The notes: a model not told the origin generated them from the letters alone. A DNA stretch of 64,000 nucleotides from Bigelowiella natans CCMP2755 (GCA_000320545.1 ADNK01003167.1:37194-101193); one strand, 5' to 3'. Counted from the stretch's first letter, positions 25,739-47,246 are shown. Translations and numbers: made by a program.

Positions 25739-25778
<40 letters not shown>

Positions 25779-27613
25779 CCTTAACTACAGCAATCATTTT
25801 TTAAAGGTGCTAATATTCATCATCATCATCATCGTATATTCTCATCCACCAAGAACGCTTGCTCGATTATATAGCCTCTTGAGTTCTTCTTGCTGTGCTG
25901 TAACTATTATTAAAGTAGCATCGATGATGTAGATATCATTTATGGATCAGACATTGAATGGATAAGGACATCATCTTCGGTTGTTTACCTCGTCCACCAA
26001 AACCACCACCACTAAAATGCAGTAACAACACACTACTATTGCTTACTGCTGGTTGCTACGGCTACTTAACAAGTTGGGTATACACAAAGATGGTAAGCAC
26101 TAACTCTCTCGGTCTCCTTTCTCTCTTTCGTTCGCGAAGAAAAGAAAGCCATTTCTCATGATATTACCTTTTGATTCTTCAGCAGGTTTACTAGAAAGCG
26201 TGCTCATGAGTATAGATCCTATCTTTGCCAAGTTCTAAGCGTATGCAAATTGTACGATGTTAAGTATGAAAACATATCAAGTGCTCATCTCTCTGGGTTG
26301 TGAAGGGGGTTGCTATTATTATCACCGAATTTGTAGCAGATCCACCCAGGGTGTGGCCACGCTAATATATGCAAAGAGAAAGAGAAGAGATGGAGAATGT
26401 GGATAGTCCATATCTGCAATGGCCTCTGACACCTATCTCTAATCCCTTTTCAATACCTTGGAAGTTGATGGAGACGAAGGAACATTAGGTAGCAAAGCCT
26501 GTGCACTCTCTACTAGACGTTTCTGCAAACAATATTATCGCCAAAGAATCGGACCATGATACCGTTACATAAATTAACCTATCAAGTTCCTCTCTTTTGG
26601 AACGAAGTGGACGCGATTATCATGGTGGCAGTATAAATTGAGCACATTAGTAATGGCAGCAGTAGTAATAATAATGGTACTAATGATGAAAATATGACGA
26701 CAACGATTGTGAGGAAAAAAAAATAAAGTCTATTCGTCGTCATTTCACACATACCAGCTCCTTCCGATCCACATTCTTGGCATCAAGACCACATTCGTTC
26801 ACACGAATTTCAAAGTTCTCGATCTAAGCACATGCCACTGAGTGTAAACGCCAATACATCTCATAGAAAAATTGAAGCATTGAAAGAAAAATGATCTGTC
26901 GGACAGCCTTATTCTGGGAGGGATCAGCTCCTTATCGCAGGATGAATGGACACTGAAAATACACATTGACGTTATTGTGATTACCTCATCCCTCTCCTCT
27001 TTGGCTATTTTTTCCTTTAAATATCCTTGGGCCAAGAATCGGTCCATGGCCTTATTACTTACCTCTCTTATTTACGCAGGTGGCTTCATCATTAAACAAA
27101 CCACCCTATGTACACCTAACTAACTATCTTGAAGAAGAAGGCTTGCGTCACAACGAATTCCTTCCGTTGTCCAAAAGCCACAATTTACGGTATTGGACCC
27201 CCCTACAAACTGGGAGTCGCTGTCGCTTAGAGTCTCTTCGGGGGGAGGGAAATTCCGTTACCAAGCACCAGGCACAGGCTATTGCTGTTGATGCGACATG
27301 GTAGTTTGCTTCAAACTCATACAGAATCCACTGGAATTTTCCTAAATTTACATCATATATCCGAAAAATAAATATTTTAAAGTGACATAATAATCGTTGT
27401 CGTATTGAGTAAATCCATTGCAAATTGTTCTTTTTAGTGGTAAGTTGATGCTCCAGCCGCTGAGTGGTGCTCTCCTCTCTCCACTACTAGTGCCGTGAGG
27501 TAGATCTAACGTGCGTGCAGACAATAAATGATTTCACACACAAGAATAAATGCTAAACCTGATTTGACTTGATGACGACCGACCGCCCTTTGTATTCCCG
27601 AAGGCAGTCTACA

Positions 27614-29169
27614 ATGGTGCTTTCCCCACCCTTCCTCTTCCTGGGTCTCCTTCAAGCGTACGCCGTGACCGCATCTTGGGATACGGAGCAACCCTCTTTG
27701 GAAAATGCCATTGAACATGATCAGAGGGCGGAGGACAGTTTTATGAGAGACATGATTATGATACGAACCTACCAGCCCACTGACATCATGCTGCAACGAA
27801 TGAAGAAGATACAGATCGACAATCCACATCGGGAGGTAGTAAATTCGATGTAGTAAACAGTAGTAGGTATTACCGATCAGTTATACATACCAGCAATGAT
27901 ATCATAATCACCATTCCTCGGTTTTTTTATTAATTATGCCCGCCAGCTGGCTGGACCAACTAACTTACACTTCTTCTTTATTCTTCTTCTTTGTGGTTGT
28001 TGTTGTTATTATCGAATGAAAAGATCTTAATCGCAGTTGACACGACAAACGTCAACACATCCTCTCTCCTTCTTCCATCATCATCATCATCATCTACTGC
28101 TATAATTAACACCAAAGATGACCCAGCTGAATGGACCAAACGTCGCCAGAAAGACACCGAAGATCGGCGTGCAGCTATCAGCAAAGCAATTGCTATGTTT
28201 GGCAAAAGGTTGGTGGAATTTCTTCTTTCTTCTTCTTCGTCGTCGTCTTCTTCTTCTTCTTCTTCTTCTTCCTCCCATGATCGATTATCATCATCATTAT
28301 CATTTTCACATTATATGGTTTGCATTTACTTCCATCAGAGTTGTGATCTACACGCAACAAGATGTTTACAGTATATTTCCTGGTATGAAGAATCTCGGTG
28401 GAATAGTCACCCTTAGTTATCACGATCACTGTATTTACACCGTAGTAAAGGCTTGGGAAAGGCGCAATGGTAAGTCATTTGCAGGCCATTTATGGGTATT
28501 GGAAGATGACGTCGAGTTTACAGCTTCATGGAGCAGACTGTTTGACAAGTATCGTGAATATGATTTTGTTGCTCATCGATTTTCCACATATGATCGCAAC
28601 TGGCAGAAGAACCATCAGTACTTCGGGAAGCAAATCTCACCCAAATTTAGATCTGAATTTCTGATGGGACTTGGGTATCAGTCCTACGTGTTCATACTGG
28701 AACATGTCGTCAAGTATAGTCCTGCCTTTCTGGCCAAAGTCTTCGAATTACTTGAAAATGGATACCATGCGCGTAGCGAAATAGGCACAGGAACCTTTGC
28801 AACCCGTCTCAACTTCACGTACTATAATAAATAAAATAATAACAGATGAATAGTAGAGTCCTATCCCCATACTTACTTCCACTAGATGACCGCCTTTCCT
28901 TAACGAAAGTATAGTGAGATGGATTCATTACACCTATTATTCGCCATATTCTAGCGCATTACCAGTGTGACTTTCACACGCCGTACACACGCAACTCACA
29001 TACACTTTTAGTAAAGCTTATTTATGAAAATTACAGGTGGTCAAGACTCCACGAAGTTCAAAAACCATGGTACTGCACTACCCATTGTTGCGATCACAAA
29101 TGTATGGCAGCAATAGCACGCCTCAGGAAAGAAGGAGAAGGACGCATTTTTCATCCTGTGAAATTGTAG
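27614..29169 (+). CDS. Secreted/anchored DUF3405-like protein, putative GT-A-type glycosyltransferase
   Basis: Signal peptide MVLSPPFLFLGLLQAYAVTA. Central LWVLEDDVEFTASWSRLF (W..E.DV.F.G.W-type motif), then HARSE and a terminal exon ending RIFHPVKL* (TAG 29167-29169). The family call is from remembered motifs. Confidence 0.6.
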
Positions 29170-29695
29170 TCTATAAGTCACTAGCTAGCTAGCTTGTACT
29201 AGCGCTACTGTGTAATATATTGAAGTGCAATGAGCACGTAAGACAGCAAATCTGAGCAGCGGCGGGCACGTACTAGAGAACATGATGTAGCACGTCGATC
29301 AGTACATTTTGTAGCATCAATGCATCATATCGCATACGCATTGCGTGCACCATAAAATGCTAGAATGCATATACGCATGACAAGGCTCAAAGGTGAATGC
29401 CAATAACTAGATAAGTCCATGCAAATAGTTTTAGAGCTATGCGACACGTATCTACCTACATATGCTAGACATCTAGACACATCATTGGGAAGCCCGATCG
29501 ACATTGCTAGATTGAGCTAGTGCACACTTGTGCAAGGCGTGTACGTATGAATTGTATGAATGAATCTAGGAATAGATGTATCATGCTTGGAAGTAACCAC
29601 AATAACTAATATCGCACTCTGTACGTCGAGGAGTGAGTAAACAAACAAATAAGCAAGTCTCTCATGTGATAGCATGCTACAATGCATGCATGCTC

Positions 29696-35661
<5,966 letters not shown>

Positions 35662-35917
35662 CTACTATTCCACAACAAATTAAAGTTATCTGTAGAAGGA
35701 AAAGGCACTACTACTACTACTACTACTACCACTACTTGGTTCTTTCAATCGACGCGACGATAATTTGCATTTTTAATGACAAAAAATTGCAAAAAAAAAT
35801 GCTCAACCAGACTACGAGAACAGCATGATGATATAGACATGTTTAGGCAACATTATCCTCTACAGAGGAGTGGGTTGTGGTATGCATGCACCAGTGCTGG
35901 TAGGAGTAGATCAGTTG

Positions 35918-36292
35918 TAGTCGTAGTCGTTGTCGTAGTGGGTTGTCTGTCGTCGTAATTTTAGGTGGGTTAGTTAATAAGTCGTAGTAGAACACTCATG
36001 CTGTAATTATTCCTTAAGACAATAATAAACTCATGTCGTACGTAGTAGTCGTACGTACGTACTACATATAGCAACGGGAATAATAATAGGTCGTAGTAGT
36101 AGTAGTAGAACACTCGTAGTAGTAGTGTGTTAGTTATATATATCCCCATAGGATGATAAACACCAAACTCATGTTGTAGTACATGTAGTCTATAGTCGTA
36201 GTTAGTCGTAGTTAGTTAGATCTACCGGTATTAGTATCATCCTTTTTTCCTTGTCGCTGCCACTACGACTAAATTATTTTATTGTCGTAGAC
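35918..36292. promoter_or_regulatory. Divergent-promoter region with a cluster of TCGTAG/GTCGTA motifs
   Basis: Roughly 10 copies of (G)TCGTAG between the head-to-head SerRS and SDR starts. A regulatory role is inferred from position only. Confidence 0.35.
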
Positions 36293-36431
36293 CAAAGTCT
36301 CAGAGCATATTTTGTCAAAAACCCAAAAAATAGGAGAACCTGTTCCGACAGAAAGAAAAAGGTCTCCCCCCCAATTAGATCTAATCGAGAATCAGAGCAG
36401 TAGCAGCAGTACAGCACATAGAAGACAGTAA

Positions 36432-36838
36432 ATGCGGACACGATCGATAAACAACCGAAATCCTTCTCTATGGGTGCAATGTGCCTTTATCTATGCAGGA
36501 ATCACTGGTTTTACAAAGCAGGTGGTTACTACGTGTAGAAAGAATAAACGACAAACAACGCTGCTGTGCATGTATATGCGAAAAAGTGATGATCGACGAT
36601 TGTTTAGTCAGGATGTTGTTATTTTCAGGCGTTCGAAAAGGCATCATTACTCTTTGATAGAAAGGACATTCCTTCGTCGCTAAATGGGCGGTCTTACATG
36701 GTTACTGGGGCCAATAGCGGTATAGGCAAAGCGTGTGCTAAGGCACTCTTGGTACTAAGAATTAGTAGTATCATTAACCTTTACTCAATAAAATTCATCC
36801 CTGTCTCATCAGTCTTGTTATCGATAGCATTGTGATGA

Positions 36839-36876
<38 letters not shown>

Positions 36877-37623
36877 TATATCAGTCAAGGGGTGGTTTGG
36901 TTCACATGGCCTGTAGAAACCGAGAACGTGCCCTTGCTGCTCAAGAAGAGCTACTGAAAGAAACGTAGGATAATGATGATGATAATGATGATGATGATGA
37001 TGATAATATTAATAGTGTGTAGTTAAATGTTCTGCTGAGGGGCATGACGAAACAGCAGCCTGGCTTTTGGCGTGCTAAAGAGGAATAGTATTCAAACAGA
37101 AGGCAGTGGTTATTAATGCTGCTTCAGTTAACAACTGTTGTTGTTTTCACTAGTCATCTTCCAACAATTAGAGGGGCTCCAGAATCGAATTGTCGTGTGC
37201 ATATATTGGACATGTCCTCAGTTAAACAGGTAGTAATAACAATAATAAGGGAAACTAACGCTACAAACTACATTACCATACGTGTACATAGTAATAGTTA
37301 CAACAATATTATAGCCAATAAGTGCATCATTCTTGCACACCATACATGTAGTAGTAGTAGTAGTAGTAGCAGTAGTAGCAACAATACTCAGCACACATGA
37401 AACATGCACGTGCAAGACAGTTTCGTCTCATAGACAATAGATTATTTACATGTTATTACTCACAGCAGACATTCACACTGATCAGATTTATAGAATATTT
37501 CACTTTTGTTATATCCCTGCACACCATCAGATAAAAGCTTTTGCTAGAAGTTTCAATGATGGGGGCATGCGTTTAGATGGTGCTACTACTACTACTACTA
37601 CTACTACTACAGTACTACTACAG

Positions 37624-37657
<34 letters not shown>

Positions 37658-37899
37658 GCCGAATATATCATGTCACTGACACTTGTTTACTTCTGAGAAC
37701 ACATAAGCTGTTAATCATCATCATCATCATCATTTAGGCCTAATAAACAATGCTGGCTGCATGCTGCATAAATATGACAAAACGGAAGAAGGTAGAGAGA
37801 GAAGAGAAGAAGAAGAAGAAGAAGAATAAGAAGAAAAATAAGCGTCGTTTACTGTTTTTATTGCGGTTGCTATATTGCAATATCCTGTACGGCGATGAG

Positions 37900-37951
<52 letters not shown>

Positions 37952-38931
37952 TAAAAGATACAAAGGAAATGAACAACTCACGAATCAAATGACTAAAAAT
38001 ATCATATTTTCGTCGTTATCTACTCTTATCACTTCTCGCTACTCCTCTAATATCCGTATTCTACTCTTCTTCTTCATATGTCACAATTCTATGATGAGAT
38101 GGAGAAGAACACACAATAATCTGACCACCACATACTCTCTTCTGTCTGTATTTATTCTGTCTTATCATCATCAGGCAATGAAATCAACTTCGCAACGAAT
38201 ACACTAGGAACATTTGTTCTTACGGAAGAGCTTCTACCCTCCCTTCAACGAATAGACGATGTAGTAGTAGAAGAGGAAAAAGGGAAAGTTTCTAAGGATC
38301 ATTATGATAATGATGTATTCGGGTCTTCTCCTCCTCCTTCTCGGTAGCTAATAAGTAGTGCCTCAATGAACCCCCTATAGCCGTCGTTCGTTGTTGTTCG
38401 AATGGAAGAAAAGAAGAAGAAGAAAATGATGATGAAAATATGTAGTACCAATAGTATAGACTCAATATATCTTTAGTTATCATTTGAGGCATATCTTAGT
38501 AGTAGTTTGTTGGTGAAAATATTCGCATTATTTGGTTGATATTAGGTAACAATAGTAAAGTAACATCTTGATGGTGATGATGATGATAACTGTTTGCCAT
38601 GTTGTTTACTTGGAATAATAAGAAATAATAACAACTACATCGACTTACTAACTACTACACGGTCATAGAGTGATAACCGTCTCTTCTGGAGGAGCATACA
38701 CACAAAAGCTAGATTATCAAAATGTCAACACTCTCGAGGTAGCTAGTAGTCACGTATGATAGTATCAATATTTACTACGACGTATAATGTAATAGTGGTA
38801 GTGTGCTCATACTAGCTAGTAGATACATGTCTTGCCATTATTATTATTATTCTTATTGTTGTTATTATTATTATTTAATATGTTTGTACGTCGTATATAG
38901 CTGTTAGATCATTACTATTACAGGACTAGCT

Positions 38932-38966
<35 letters not shown>

Positions 38967-39086
38967 ACTTCTTTTTCTTCTTCTTCTTTCCTATTCCTTT
39001 TTTCTCTTCTTCTTCTTTCATTAGAATGACAATCAGTCTCTTTGCATAAACCACCACTTTAGTGCTGCATACTCTTCCTTCCTCAA

Positions 39087-39124
<38 letters not shown>

Positions 39125-40134
39125 GAGAGTAAGAGAGATTGGGTGAGAGAGCGAGTGAGAGAGTGATTGTGAGAGAGTAAAGTGATCACTACAAATAGCC
39201 TTTTGTTAATCCTACCTCTTCCTCTCTCCCTCCTACTATTTTAACATCATCATCATCATCATCATCATCATCATTGTAAGATTGATCATAATCATCATTG
39301 TTTAGGGTTTCAATGACGGAACTTACATCTACGCACAGAACAAAAGACAACAAATCGCTCTTTCTCAGTAATAATAATAATAATAAGTAAGGAGGAGGAG
39401 AACAATGTACTATATGTTTGGGATATGGTGATGATGCTGGTTGATAAGGGTGATGATGATGATGGTAATGACGATGATTGTGAGGATGATGGTTTTATCA
39501 ATTATCACCCTATGTTAAACAAGAACAACAACAGAAACAACAACTATCTTACAGAAAATGGTCAAGAATGATGCGAAAACAGATGATGGTGAATAAAGAG
39601 GGGAAGAAGAACAAGAAAAAGGAGAAGAAGAAGAAGGTCGCGAAGTACTTGGAATCAACAGAATCATCATTATCACGCACAGCGGTTGGTTAATTATGTA
39701 ATGAATATCACAATGGCTGCCTATACAGAAAATGATAACAATACTATACGATGGATGCGGAGGGAGAGAGGAGATATTATCCTGCATTTGTTATGATTGT
39801 TTATCTTAATCAGTGATGATAATGAATTTAGTAGTAGTGCTTTGGGAAACAGCAGTATATGCATGATGACGATATCGACGATATATCACATAATAATGAT
39901 GATAATGATGATGTGTCGGTCGTCTTTGGTGATGATATGAGTGATCATGTAGCAAAATCTGAGCATTTCCTTTTGCTAATATCCTTTTGTTGTTGTTGTT
40001 GTCGTTGCTATTGTTATTATTCAGAGACGTAATGTTGTATTCCAATCTATGCATCCAGGATGGGCTGATACTCCTGCTTTACGTACATAGCAATAATTTA
40101 TTTATATAATTTTTTATTTATTTATTTATGATGA

Positions 40135-40169
<35 letters not shown>

Positions 40170-40375
40170 ATCACAACCACCATTCATTGACTCATCATAG
40201 AGGACTATTCAATCGCAGCAGCGACATCAAGCTATAACACGCATCATCATCATAATCATCGTCATTATTATCATCATCATCATCACAAAACAAAGGTCAT
40301 GGGATGCCAGATTTCCATAGAAGATTTAATAATTACCTTCGATCTCCTGAGCAGGGGGCAGACACAGCTATTTGG

Positions 40376-40408
<33 letters not shown>

Positions 40409-40477
40409 AAAGAACAACCATAAAACAACAGTAACGATAGGAAGAAGAAGAGAATCAAACAGGAGAAAGAGAAGGGG

Positions 40478-40511
<34 letters not shown>

Positions 40512-40854
40512 TCTGTGTGCAACGACCTTGATTTGAAGGGAAAATGGAGATATGAGAAAGAGAGAGAGCAAAGAGATATAATGTGTACTACTTACTACGA
40601 GGGGAAGAGAGATAGATGATTAATAATGGCAAATAGTACAATACACTATATACGTGTATTACATACCGCAACAATAATAAGATGATGATTTTGCCATTGT
40701 TCGGTATAAAAGGTTGTATCAGTAGGAGTAGTTTGTTAGTAAGTAAAAAGAACCACTTACTATCTGCAATATGAAACTTGCTTGATGAATAGCACGCAGT
40801 AGCAGCAGCAACAGCAACAACAACAACACAGCAATATTTTTGTATCAAGATATA

Positions 40855-40885
<31 letters not shown>

Positions 40886-40957
40886 TTTCCTAATTTTTGT
40901 GGCTTCTTTTGAATAAGCCGGTGCGACGGTTTGATTAAAATACAAATATTATATATA

Positions 40958-41016
<59 letters not shown>

Positions 41017-42474
41017 ATTTTTACCGCATCGTCGTCGCACCGCCGGCTTGTACTTCTAAAGTCGTCGTCATCGAAATAGAAATTAAGCCACATCGAGGGA
41101 GGAAGAGGAGGAGGAGGAGGGGCGGGGGTTAGGAGGTGGAGGATAACAACAACTGTATGGTTTATTGCGGTTGTTGTTGTTTGATATGCTGTAGTACATT
41201 TATAATGCTTTCTTATTCTTCTTTCTTCTTGTTCAGCACCTAGCTACTAGGCAATACTTAATGATCAATACTAGTACACTACTACTACTTCTTCCTACTC
41301 TTACTTCTATTTGCCGTTGTTGCAAATAACAACAGGCTTATGACGTCCAACAAGGCTCTAGGAGAGGAGAATGAGGGTACTACTACTACTACTACTACCA
41401 GCATCACCTACTAGAATACTACTACTAGTTGTAATAATATAGTTGCTGCTGCTATATCCATAGTATTAATAGTAGTAGTAGTAGTAGTAGTAATTGTAGT
41501 AGGATTCTTATCCTTTGCTGTCCTCCTTCCTCCCTCCTCCTTCTTCTTACTACTACTACTACCTGGAGGAGGAAGATGATGATGATGAATGATGGTGATG
41601 ATGATGATGATGATGATGGATTTGTACTACATTGACCTCCATTTGCCTATTGGCTCGTCGTACGTACTTACTACTACAGGAGGATTTTTCCTGGATCGCA
41701 AATCACAACCAAAGTTTCTGTGGGGTATGTATGCATGTATTATGATGATAATAATGATGATCAGAGTATAGTAGTAGTGGTAGTAGGAGTGAGGCACTGT
41801 TACCAAATCATCGTAGAAATTGATCCATAATATTGTTATATTTATTATTGTTGCTATTATTTATTATGACCACGATGATGCTTTGCCAAGGAACATGGAC
41901 AAGTAATACCCACGAGGAGGAAGGTACTAGTAGTTGTAGTACAGTGTTGGTTTGGTTGGTTGGTTGGTTGCTCGGTCTTGTGGCACATACATGCATACAT
42001 ACATACTACAGTGTTATTATTGATGATGTTGTTGTTGTTTTTCATAACTACATTCCTCCAATTTACAAGCACACTCCAAGCTAAAATAATAGTTCTTGTA
42101 GATACCAATCATAACAGAACGATGATGCGTGTCATTCATAACAAAATCCATAAAATAAGTAGCAGTAGTAGTAGAAGTAGTGGTGCTGCTAATTGTCGTC
42201 GTTTCGCTGGCCGTCATCATCGTTATGGTGTGTACATCATGATCATCATCGTTGTCATCAAATTATTCTGTACCACGAATATTGCTCTTTTTCTTCTTCT
42301 TCTTCTTTTTCTTCTTCTTCTTCCTTTGTTTCCTCCTCGCAATCAGATAAACTGTACGAAAAATTGAATGAGATTGCTGCAAGGAATGAGCCTGGTGAAA
42401 AGCTTTTGAAGCAATATCGCTATCTGGTAGCAACACCAACTACCGATGATGACGTAGTAGTAGTAGCAAAATGA
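36432..42474 (+). CDS. DHRS12: Short-chain dehydrogenase/reductase, DHRS12-like (ends approximate)
   Basis: MVTGANSGIGK, VHMACRN, LDMS, LINNAG, NFATNTLGTFVLT, RVITVSSGG.YTQKL, GTYIYAQNKRQQ (YxxxK), SMHPGWADTP, MPDFH, LRSPEQGADT and GGFFLDRK, which are diagnostic of DHRS12. Confidence 0.9.
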
Positions 42475-43223
42475 TGCTGCATTGGTTCAAAGTAGATCAC
42501 CGAGCATTTTATCATAGTGGAGCGACAAGGTGCGATTGCATAATACGTCGTAGTAAATATGATGAGATTTAGTGCTAGGTGTCTTTAATAATGACGATCG
42601 ACGACGATGATGATGATAATGATGATGATGATAACGACTACGATATAACAATACAGCTTCTTGTCGCGTCTTTATTTGCTGAATAGCATATCATTCTGCG
42701 ATGAGATGCATGCCACCTACTCGGTGCGTAGTCCCGCCATGACATATAACATGTGCAACCAGCTAGCTAGATAGGCAAATGCATTTTCATCGAAACGCAT
42801 CTTCGCTATGCATAGTGCGTATAAACTTTTAGAGTACGTACACAAAATAGCAGAAATTTGTTGCACATTATGCTTGTTAGAGAGAATTTCAAACACAGCT
42901 TCTACTAGCAGACATATCACAAGCAGCTTAAGGCGTCATCGTGTGTGCTGCATGTAGCATACCTAACGAAGTTGAGCCTATGCAGCACATGACCTCATTA
43001 TCATTTTTCGAGTACACACAGCGAGACAGAGCTCTATGTACTACCACTACTGCTACTACCACTTACTACTAATACTATACAATGTTCATCATAGAATAAG
43101 CAGCAATGAAGTAGTAAGAGCATTCCTGGGGGGGGCTATCATCTTGTGCAGATAGAAGGCAGTTACCACCCCCATGAGTTAAGCATGGTGTGTCGTCGTC
43201 TATGCTAATTGAGCATGGGGTTG

Positions 43224-43252
43224 TCACTCGTCTTTGGATGATAATGATGACA

Positions 43253-43294
<42 letters not shown>

Positions 43295-43447
43295 GTGCTG
43301 CTTCTTCTATTTTGGAGAATTTTTGCAATGAGAATCTGTGCAGATGATCCGACACAAACCTAAATTTATCAGCAGACATACGGTGATGATGATGATGATG
43401 ATGATGTAAAGAGTGTATCAATTTAGTAGCTAGGGACATGCTTGCAT

Positions 43448-43480
<33 letters not shown>

Positions 43481-43617
43481 CCATATTATTATCACCCTGC
43501 TTCTCTTCCTCCTCCTCCCCCTTCCTCTTAAATATTCACACACCATTATTATCATCATCATCATCATCATCATCATCAATAGGGTTTCTATATATACTGT
43601 GGAAATTATTGATATAC

Positions 43618-43658
<41 letters not shown>

Positions 43659-43972
43659 ATACCCCAACTCCTATTGCAAACAAAATCCAGTGAATCACAC
43701 AGCTCAAGGTCGACATTCTTCGATCTTCTCGGAATTGATTTGAGTCTGCATTGCTGTCGTTAAAAAACAAAAAATAATAGCAAGTTGCATGTGTTATTAG
43801 ACGACGTGGACTAGTACTATATATGATATAATATGGGTGTTCAAGTTGTCATTGTAACTACTAAAAGAAATCTCCCAACAATTAGCTGCAGCATCACTTA
43901 ACATGTCGCATCATCTCACCCCCCCCTTCCCACATCACACATTGCTAACAGTAAACTACGATGATGAACGGA

Positions 43973-44005
<33 letters not shown>

Positions 44006-44323
44006 AGCACACATAAATAATATCATACTACCAGAGGATAATGTACATAAGTGGGGGCAGTACAAGTCCAACAAGTGTAATGCAAAAACTTCCACAGAAT
44101 GCAACCAGAAATGCAAAGTCTGGTACCAAGATTGCTACAGCACCTAAATATGAAGATGACGATGGGATATGACGGAAAGAGCAGATTATACATTATCATC
44201 CATCAACCGCTTTATATATCAATATGTAGATATAATATAAAGATTATGCTGTACTGCATAGTCTACATACTCTTTCTTCGTCTTCTTCCTCTTCTCCTAC
44301 CACTACCACCACTACTACCACCC

Positions 44324-44354
<31 letters not shown>

Positions 44355-45040
44355 CCCGTAGCAATGAGAAGAGAGAGTCTGATCCCCACAGATGTTATAC
44401 GAGTTTGAAGTGTCACATTCTAACGACAGAAAGTACGATTACATTATTATTAATAATAATTAAGATAGCTAAGACAATAAGCTACCCTCATACCGTATCT
44501 GTGATGATGGTGGTGATGATAATGATAATGATGATGATGAAGATGATGATGACACCCCTTGAACAATTATGATCAATGATGACATGACGACGACACGTGG
44601 AGCCTACTACCATCACTTGTTGTTGTTGTTGTTCTTCTTCTTCTACTACTAGCTAGTATAACAGTATCATATTATTGTCATAGGGCTGGTAGTAATATCA
44701 TGCATTGGCATCGATAGATGGATGTATGGGTGGATGGATAGATACTACAACAACAATCTTTTTTACTCAAATAACTGCATCAACGACGGAGTAAGTCAGT
44801 CATTCGTTGTTGTTGTTATTGTTGTTGTTGTTGTCAAGATTTAGCAGGGTAAGATTGTTAAGTGAAGTTCAATCACACCATAAATGACGACGACCGGCTA
44901 CTTACTACGATTATTACTGGTTGAATCTCCCAGTTTTGACCTAGCATGCCAAGTTCAATTGCCTGATGTTAGCATTTCCATAAAGTACATAAAACGCACG
45001 CACAGTCACACAGCCCCACACACGAAGAGAGAGGGGGAGA

Positions 45041-45081
<41 letters not shown>

Positions 45082-45718
45082 ATGAAGTTAATGAAAGGAA
45101 AGAGCGATGATCGATTTGTTCAAGATGAAATGATAAGCAAACTTAGTAAGGAAGGAATGAAGGAACAAAGGAATAATAATAATAATAATAATCATCATCA
45201 TCATCTATATTTTTAAGAACCTCAAACGCTGGCCATAACTTCACGGGAATGGAGAAGAGAATAGCAAGGGAATGGAACACCTGATAATCATCATGATGAT
45301 ATTGGCTATGAAGAAGAAGAAAAAAGAAGAAAAAGGGTGCTGTAGATACTCCCCAATGAAGCACCTTAGTAACTGCAACCAGATTCCCAGACATGTTTTC
45401 AAATATAAGTCCCTCTGGAAGAATATGAAGAAAAATATGAAGAAGTAGAAGAAGAAGAAGAAGAGGAGAATAAGGGGGATGAGGATCACGGATAAACTAA
45501 TACCACCAATTACTGCAAACTAGCATATTCACTACTACTTCTACTACTATACTACTACTAGTAGTACTACCAGTTTTTTCGCCAAAAGAGATGTACACTA
45601 CAAGGCCAAAGACGAGATAGATCTGCAAACATATACAACAACAACAGTAAAATCATCGTTTGTTGATTGTGCTTGATCCATCTTCCCTATTTTCCAACCG
45701 AGATAAGTGATACTACCA

Positions 45719-45754
<36 letters not shown>

Positions 45755-46078
45755 ATCCTATGCTCTGTGTTGTTGTAGAATATTGCTATATTGTTGCTTG
45801 GTTGCTAGAGCGTGTTTGAATGCCAATTACTACTACTACTACTACTAATACTTACTAGTACCAAAAACAGTGTTCCTACGCTGATAACTAAGACCTAATT
45901 TGATGATGATGATAATGATGATGATGATGATGGGGATTAGAGACTATGGTGTCACCTACTCTTTCACATAAATATGAGAAACAAATAATAGTTTTAACAA
46001 CTATTTACTTAAAATCCTGTTAGTAATTGATGTGCTAATAACAACCTATAACCATTATCATTTCTCCTGGTAGTACAA

Positions 46079-46112
<34 letters not shown>

Positions 46113-46524
46113 GCTACTTTGCTACTTTCACTACAGGCAAAGATAGCTGTATTAAAATTGTAGTGGGTAGTAAGTGTGTGATGGTGGTCATATACGTACG
46201 CCCTAATGCTCTTTCCCCAAAACGTAGCAGCATTCAATCATATATTCTAGTTCTTCGATTATTATTTTAATTATTATTATCGTCGTTGTTGTTGTTGTTA
46301 TTGTAATTGTTACCAGTAATGTAGTACCTTAGGATATTTTGACCTATCTTTCATCGGTTTGACGATAGCAACAACCTCGGCGTGACCACTAAACATGAAT
46401 ACGGTGGAACCCATAAACACTGCAAGCCCTTCCAAGTCTCCCCCTGTCATATATCATATATCATATCATATCATCAACAACACAATGATCTTAGTGGGTA
46501 GATACATACAAGATAACACATGAC

Positions 46525-46555
<31 letters not shown>

Positions 46556-46733
46556 GTGTGAAAAACAAGTGTAGAGGGGGGTGATGGTACATATATGCTT
46601 CTTTCCCATATAATTCTCACTGCTAAATAGTGTTCTTCTTTCGATTCTCTAGTGAGCGACTTGGTTATGTTTATGTAACATAAATGTTGTTCATAAATAT
46701 AGTAGGCACGTAGCAATATATTACTACTACTAT

Positions 46734-46768
<35 letters not shown>

Positions 46769-47246
46769 GTACCATAATAATAGGTGCCGTTCCCTTCTGT
46801 ATTCATAAAAGAAAAGTACATGATAATGGCTAGAGAACAGACAATAGCAGCATTTCCAGCTCCTGAGATAAAGCTGTAGTAGTAGTAGTAGTAGTAGTAA
46901 TTGCCAAAAGAATCATCATATAATTATAAATGTTCATGTTCTTGTTATTATCAGCACTCTAGGAATTATTTTTTATTGATTTCTTATTCGTTGTGATAAC
47001 AACCGCTATATCTATCATCATTATACTAGACTTCTTCAGTCAATATTGAACAGTAGCACATCAATTACTACCCGAGAGAATTGACATCTTTTTGGAAGAG
47101 AAATGCTCCGATGATGGGAAGACATGCAAGCATCAGTCCTTCTGCGGGGACTCCAAATACTATAATATCATAATTATCATTGTCGTTATTATGTCGCTAG
47201 CTGTATTTGCATAGATTGTAATAGGCAGCATTTCTACTCAGGAGTG

